Below the pieces are notes generated by a model. That model had not been told where the DNA came from, searched no databases, and was given only the letters and a program-made list of their open reading frames with translations. From Myxococcota bacterium (GTDB lineage: Bacteria > Myxococcota_A > UBA9042 > PHBI01 > JAWLBL01): DNA of 64,000 bases. Position numbers and translations under genes: made by a program. This document shows positions 59,547 through 64,000 of this stretch, one piece after another (position 1 is the stretch's first letter; each line of letters starts with the position of its first letter). The DNA is taken from NCBI GenBank assembly GCA_041687695.1, contig JAWLBL010000007.1, positions 225,135 to 289,134 on the forward strand. The letters are read 5' to 3'.

Positions 59547-60608
59547 ATGCCCCACGGACACGACGAGCCCCGCATCGGGGCGGTCTTCGACGGACGGTAC
59601 CAGGTCGCCTCGCGGCGCACCGGGGACGACGGGGTCCTGGTGTGTGACGCGGTGCGCCTGACGGACGTGCGGCCGGTGGTGCTGGTCGTCGGAGCGGCGG
59701 GCGCCGTGGCCGAGCCGGCGGGGGCCGAGCAGTTCGCGCAGGACGGCGCGCGGCTCGCGCGGCTGCGGCACCCTGGGCTGGTCGCGGTGGTCGAGGCGAG
59801 CGTCGCGCAGGGGGCGCGGCCCTATCTGGTGCTCGAGCCGGTCGAGGGGCGCGGGCTGGAGGTCGTGGTGGCCGAGGAGGCGCCGTTCGTGCCGCGGCGG
59901 GTGGCGGCGATCGGCGGCGAGGTGCTGCGGGCGGTCGAGGGGCTGCACGGGCACGGGGTGGCGCTGGGGGGCGTGCTGGCCGAGGATGTGACGGTGACGG
60001 CGCTGGAGGACGGGCGCGAGGTGGTGCGCGTCGCGCCGCACGGGGTGGTCCGACGGCCGCAGGGGCGAGAGGCGACGCTGGACGTGGCGGCGATCGGGGC
60101 GCTGATGTTCGAGCTGCTGACGGGCGTCGCGCCGCGGGCGGGCGTCCAGGGGCCGGTGGCGCCGACGCTGGCGGGCGCGACGGTGATCGGGCCGCTGGTC
60201 GACTTCGTCGGCGGGTGCATGCAGGCCGGGGCGGCGGGCGGCTACGAGAGCGCGGCGGCGGCGGTGGCGGCGCTCGCGGGGGTGGATCCCGAGGCGACCG
60301 AGACGGCGCCCGGGGCGCGCGCGCCCGCCGGGGAGCTGCTGCTGGCCGAGTCGACGGCCGCGCCCGCGCCGTCGGAGCCGCCGCCGCGGCCAACGTCGAC
60401 GGCGATCGCGTCCCCCGAGCGGCGTACGCTCCCGCTACCGACGCTGGCCGCGGCGCCCGAGGAGGTCGCGCCGGCCGCGGTGCCCTCCGCCGCCTCGACG
60501 GCGCCGCCGGATCCGGCCGGAGAGGCCGAGCAGCGGCTCCTGGCCCGGTGGGGGTGGCTGCTCGTCGGGGCGCTGGCGACGCTGGCGGCGCTCTGGACGG
60601 CGCTCTGA
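59547..60608 (+). CDS. Ser/Thr kinase-like protein, probable pseudokinase, with a C-terminal TM helix
   Basis: FDGRYQV, LARLRHPGLV, PYLVLE...G, DV.AIG..MFELLTG..P retained; catalytic motifs degenerate. Confidence 0.75.
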   Translation: MPHGHDEPRIGAVFDGRYQVASRRTGDDGVLVCDAVRLTDVRPVVLVVGAAGAVAEPAGAEQFAQDGARLARLRHPGLVAVVEASVAQGARPYLVLEPVEGRGLEVVVAEEAPFVPRRVAAIGGEVLRAVEGLHGHGVALGGVLAEDVTVTALEDGREVVRVAPHGVVRRPQGREATLDVAAIGALMFELLTGVAPRAGVQGPVAPTLAGATVIGPLVDFVGGCMQAGAAGGYESAAAAVAALAGVDPEATETAPGARAPAGELLLAESTAAPAPSEPPPRPTSTAIASPERRTLPLPTLAAAPEEVAPAAVPSAASTAPPDPAGEAEQRLLARWGWLLVGALATLAALWTAL

Positions 60609-60640
60609 CCCCGGGGCGTCCGCTGGTCAGGCCCGGCGCG

Positions 60641-60729
60641 GTGGCTATACTGCGCTCCCCTCGCCACGAGTGGCTACACTGCGCTGCCCCTCGCCACGAG
60701 TGGCTACACTGCGCTGCCCCGCGCCACGG
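60641..60729. repeat. Three tandem 29-30-bp repeats upstream of the Rieske oxygenase gene
   Basis: GTGGCTAYACTGCGCT(G)CCCCTCGCCACGA units at 60641, 60670, 60700. Confidence 0.9.
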
Positions 60730-60742
60730 AGGGCACCTGTCC

Positions 60743-61825
60743 ATGACCGCGCTCGTTCCGACTCTGGCCCCGCCCGCGACCAAGCCCGTGACGTCGGTCG
60801 TGCGGCTGGCCGACCAGTGGTACATCGCCTGCACCTCGCGCGAGCTGCGCCAGGCGCCGCTCAAACGCGTGGTGCTGGGGGTGCCGCTGGTCGTCTTCCG
60901 CGAGGGCGACGGCCGCGCGGCGACGCTGCTGGACCGCTGCCCGCATCGCAATGTGCCGCTGTCGATGGGCAAGGTGGTGCAGGGGCGCCTCCAGTGCGGC
61001 TACCACGGCTGGCAGTTCGACGGCGCCGGCGCTTGCCGGGCGGTCCCCGGCCTGTGCGGGGTCGCCGAGGGCAAGGGGCGGCGGACGCCCGCTTACGCGA
61101 CGCGCGAGCAGGACGGCTTCGTCTGGGTGTTCATGACGGCGGACGTCGAGCCGGCCACCGAGCCGTATCGCCTGCCTCGCTTGAACGAAAAGGGCTACAC
61201 GACGGCGCGCCAGACCGTGACCGCGCCCGGCTCGCTGCACGCGACCATCGAGAACGCCCTGGACGTGCCCCACACGGCCTTCCTGCACGCCGGCCTGTTC
61301 CGCGGCCAGGGCGAGCCGAACGAGATCGAGGCCATCGTGCGGCGCTGGGAGGGCACGGTCGAGGCGCAGTACGTCGGCGAGCCGCGCCCCGAGGGGCTCA
61401 TCGGCCGCATCCTGTCGCCCAGCGGCGGCATCGTCGAGCACTACGACCGCTTCCTGCTGCCCTCCATCGCGCAGGTCGAGTACCGCATCGGCACCGAGAA
61501 CCACATCCTGGTGACCTCCATCGGCACGCCCGTCAGCGACTGGGAGACCCGGCTGTACGCCGTCATCAGCTTCCGCACGCGCTTCCCCGGCTGGCTCATC
61601 AAGCCCTTCCTGCGGCCCATCGCGCTGCGCGTGTTCCACCAGGACACGGTGATGCTGCGCGCGCAGACCGAGCTCATCCACCGCTTCGGCGGCGAGCAGT
61701 TCGTGTCGACCGACATCGACGTCCTCGGCGGGCCCATCTGGCGGCTGATGAAGCAGGCCGAGCGCGGCGAGGTGCCGACCAACACCGAGCCCGAGGAGGT
61801 TCGGCGCGTCAGGCTGCGGGTCTGA
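60743..61825 (+). CDS. Rieske [2Fe-2S] oxygenase alpha subunit (VanA/KshA-like)
   Basis: DRCPHR...CGYHGW Rieske motif; ENALDVPHTAFLH mononuclear Fe site. Confidence 0.92.
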   Translation: MTALVPTLAPPATKPVTSVVRLADQWYIACTSRELRQAPLKRVVLGVPLVVFREGDGRAATLLDRCPHRNVPLSMGKVVQGRLQCGYHGWQFDGAGACRAVPGLCGVAEGKGRRTPAYATREQDGFVWVFMTADVEPATEPYRLPRLNEKGYTTARQTVTAPGSLHATIENALDVPHTAFLHAGLFRGQGEPNEIEAIVRRWEGTVEAQYVGEPRPEGLIGRILSPSGGIVEHYDRFLLPSIAQVEYRIGTENHILVTSIGTPVSDWETRLYAVISFRTRFPGWLIKPFLRPIALRVFHQDTVMLRAQTELIHRFGGEQFVSTDIDVLGGPIWRLMKQAERGEVPTNTEPEEVRRVRLRV

Positions 61826-61828
61826 CCG

Positions 61829-62218
61829 TCAGGCGCCGCCCGCCGCCGGCTGCGTGAGCCGGTCGATGGCCCCGAACAGCGCGTCGAGGTCGAAGGGCTT
61901 GCGCAGGAAGATGAGCTGCTCGTCCTGGGGCACGCCGCCCGCCGGGCGGACGGCGCTCATCAGGATGACGGGCAGGCGCGCGAACGGCTCGGCGCGGCGC
62001 AGGCGGGCGAGGACCTCGAGCCCGTTCAGGCCGGGCATCATGACGTCGAGCATCACCAGATCGGGCGGGTCGGCCGGCAGCCGCGCCAGGGCCTCGAGGC
62101 CGTTGTTGCACGTCCCCACGACGTGGCCCTCGTCCTCGAGCACGGAGGCGAGCGCCGTGGCCACGTCGAACTCGTCGTCGACGACCAGGATGCGCAGCGA
62201 TGACGGCGCCTCGTTCAT
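61829..62218 (-). CDS. Single-domain response regulator (CheY-like)
   Basis: ILVVDDE, LDVMMPGLNG, LRKPF. Confidence 0.92.
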   Translation of the reverse strand: MNEAPSSLRILVVDDEFDVATALASVLEDEGHVVGTCNNGLEALARLPADPPDLVMLDVMMPGLNGLEVLARLRRAEPFARLPVILMSAVRPAGGVPQDEQLIFLRKPFDLDALFGAIDRLTQPAAGGA

Positions 62219-63756
62219 CGCTCGCCTCCCTCGTCCCGGATGGGCGCGTCCCGGCCCGTGATGGCGCGCCTGCGCACGGGCGCCCGCGCGCGGCCGTACG
62301 CGCCGGCGAGGATGTCCTCGGCCGACGCGCTGTCCGGCGCGACGTGCACGCCGGACGCGTCGATCCAGAACTCGCGGACCGAGGCGTCGTAGGCGCTCTC
62401 GCGCGCCTTGATGATCGAGATGAGGCGACGCATGGCGCTACGGTGCTCCACGCAGCGCAAGAGCACCATGTTTTCGACGCTCCCGGCGAGCGTCGCGTCG
62501 GGCATGTCGACGTCGGGGCCCATCAGCGCCAGCTCGTCGGCGAGCACCGTCGTGACGTCGAGCGAGCGCAGCTCGTGCAGCAGGGCGGCGAAGAACAGGC
62601 TCATGCGCCCCGGGTAGGCGATGGCCGAGCGGAAGCCGGAGACGCCGTCTACGAACAGGCGCAGCCGCTCGGTGCGGCCAGTGCCGATGCGCTCGACGAT
62701 GCGCTCGAGCAGCCGCTCCGAGAGCGCGTCCACGTGCACCTCGAGCGGTGGCTGCCACAGGATCTCGAGGCTCCCGTCGTCGACCATGGCGCGCAGCGGC
62801 AGCCCGACGGCTTCGGCCTTGGCGCACAGGCGCGGCGGCGTCTCGTGGAAGCCGAAGTACATGCCCGGCTGCCCGGCGCGCGCGCCCGTGACCAGAAAGT
62901 GCAGGCCCAACAAGGTCTTGCCGGTGCCGGGGGCGCCGATGAGGGTCGTCGTCGAGCTGGACAGCAGGCCGCCGTGGAGCATCTCGTCCAGGGGCTCGAC
63001 GCCGAAGGCCATCCGGATGCGCGCCTCGCTGGCCTCCTCGGGCGGCGCTCCGAAGCGCACCTCGGTGCGCGGGTGGACGACCAGGCCGTCGCCGCCGATC
63101 TCGACCTCGTGCCGCCCCAGCAGGTAGTCGCTGCCGCGCAGCTTGCGCACGGTCAGCTCCCGGATGGCGCGCGGGCCGAGCAGCTGGTGCTGCAGCTCGA
63201 GGATGCCGTCGGCGACTCCGGTCGTCGCGTCCAGCTCCTCGAACGATCGCAGCGGCGCCGTGATCAGCGACGTGCACCCGACCAGCGTGGCGAGGGCCTG
63301 CAGCTCGCGCAGAAAGCGCAGGTAGGCTCGCCCGTCGGCGGCGTACGACCGCGCCGTCTCGATGCCGTCGACCACCAGCACGGTCGCCCGGCGCTCGCGC
63401 ATGCCCTTGCCGAGCACCTCGAGCAGCCCCTCGAGCCCGCCCTCCTCGAGCGCCGCATAGCCGCTGACGTAGACCAGCTCCCGGCCGATCCGCGCCTCGT
63501 CGAAGAAGCTCAGCGACTGCAGCTGGCGCAGCATCCGGCTGGTCGACTCGGCCAGCAGGGTCACGTACAGGGCCCGTCCGCCCTGCGCTGCGACGTGGAA
63601 GCACAGCTGGTTGCACAGCACCGTCTTGCCCGATCCCGGGGGGCCGATGACGAGGTAGGTCCCGCCACGGAACAGGCCGCCCTTCAGGATGAAGTCCAGG
63701 CGCTCGATGCCGGTCGTCACGCGCTCGGCGAGCGCGCGGGAGTCACCGCTGTCCAT
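62215..63756 (-). CDS. KaiC-like/RAD55 double-domain ATPase
   Basis: TGIERLD.IL.GG, Walker A GPPGSGKT and GAPGTGKT, KLRGS and KARES motifs; ATG 63756 inferred. Confidence 0.9.
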   Translation of the reverse strand: MDSGDSRALAERVTTGIERLDFILKGGLFRGGTYLVIGPPGSGKTVLCNQLCFHVAAQGGRALYVTLLAESTSRMLRQLQSLSFFDEARIGRELVYVSGYAALEEGGLEGLLEVLGKGMRERRATVLVVDGIETARSYAADGRAYLRFLRELQALATLVGCTSLITAPLRSFEELDATTGVADGILELQHQLLGPRAIRELTVRKLRGSDYLLGRHEVEIGGDGLVVHPRTEVRFGAPPEEASEARIRMAFGVEPLDEMLHGGLLSSSTTTLIGAPGTGKTLLGLHFLVTGARAGQPGMYFGFHETPPRLCAKAEAVGLPLRAMVDDGSLEILWQPPLEVHVDALSERLLERIVERIGTGRTERLRLFVDGVSGFRSAIAYPGRMSLFFAALLHELRSLDVTTVLADELALMGPDVDMPDATLAGSVENMVLLRCVEHRSAMRRLISIIKARESAYDASVREFWIDASGVHVAPDSASAEDILAGAYGRARAPVRRRAITGRDAPIRDEGGER

Positions 63757-64000
63757 CTGCGTCGACCTCGGGCCGTCATGGCGCCGCGCGGCCCCGCCGG
63801 CGAACTTGGTCGGGGCGGGGGGCGGCGCCTTCGGTCGCCTCGTCCCCGACGAGGTGCGCCAGCAGGCGCGGTCGCGGGAGGAGGGCTGCAACACGAGCCA
63901 TGCTAGATGACCCCGGCAGAAGTAGCAATCCGATGTTGACGGAGCCATCCGCGAGGATCATGCTGCGGAGATCTCGTTTCGGGGAGGTCATCCGGCATGG

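Noticed and set aside
60641..60729. Mini CRISPR array
   Set aside because: The units are directly adjacent with no spacers

Overview
Very GC-rich bacterial DNA, probably Myxococcota or a related deltaproteobacterium (inferred from the MYXO-CTERM-like Cys-rich surface protein, thrombospondin-3 lipoprotein, KaiC-like ATPase and sigma-54 promoters). It holds about 48 genes: housekeeping genes (ligA, folC, tRNA-Val, a fused radical SAM protein), a CzcCBA-type efflux operon with its two-component system, and many accessory genes. Most long overlapping ORFs in the track are GC-rich shadow frames. The best finds are: (1) two paralogous ~270-280-nt intergenic elements (32497-32767, 36561-36840), each behind a sigma-54 promoter, sharing closing helices and compensatory base-pair changes, which suggests an unannotated structured ncRNA family; (2) a 2.3-kb integrase-less islet bounded by a 31-bp duplication of the tRNA-Val 3' end and carrying only a Septu/PtuAB-like ATPase+HNH pair; (3) an operon combining a permease-less ABC ATPase fused to a CX5R phosphatase with Roadblock-like proteins, downstream of a PAS-LuxR regulator; (4) a REP/REPIN-like double-hairpin family, one inverted pair of which brackets ncRNA copy 1 and a methyltransferase; (5) a divergent MNT/HEPN-like pair, several probable pseudoenzymes, and a lipoprotein with dikinase domains in permuted order. 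All family assignments come from motif recognition by eye; no searches were run.
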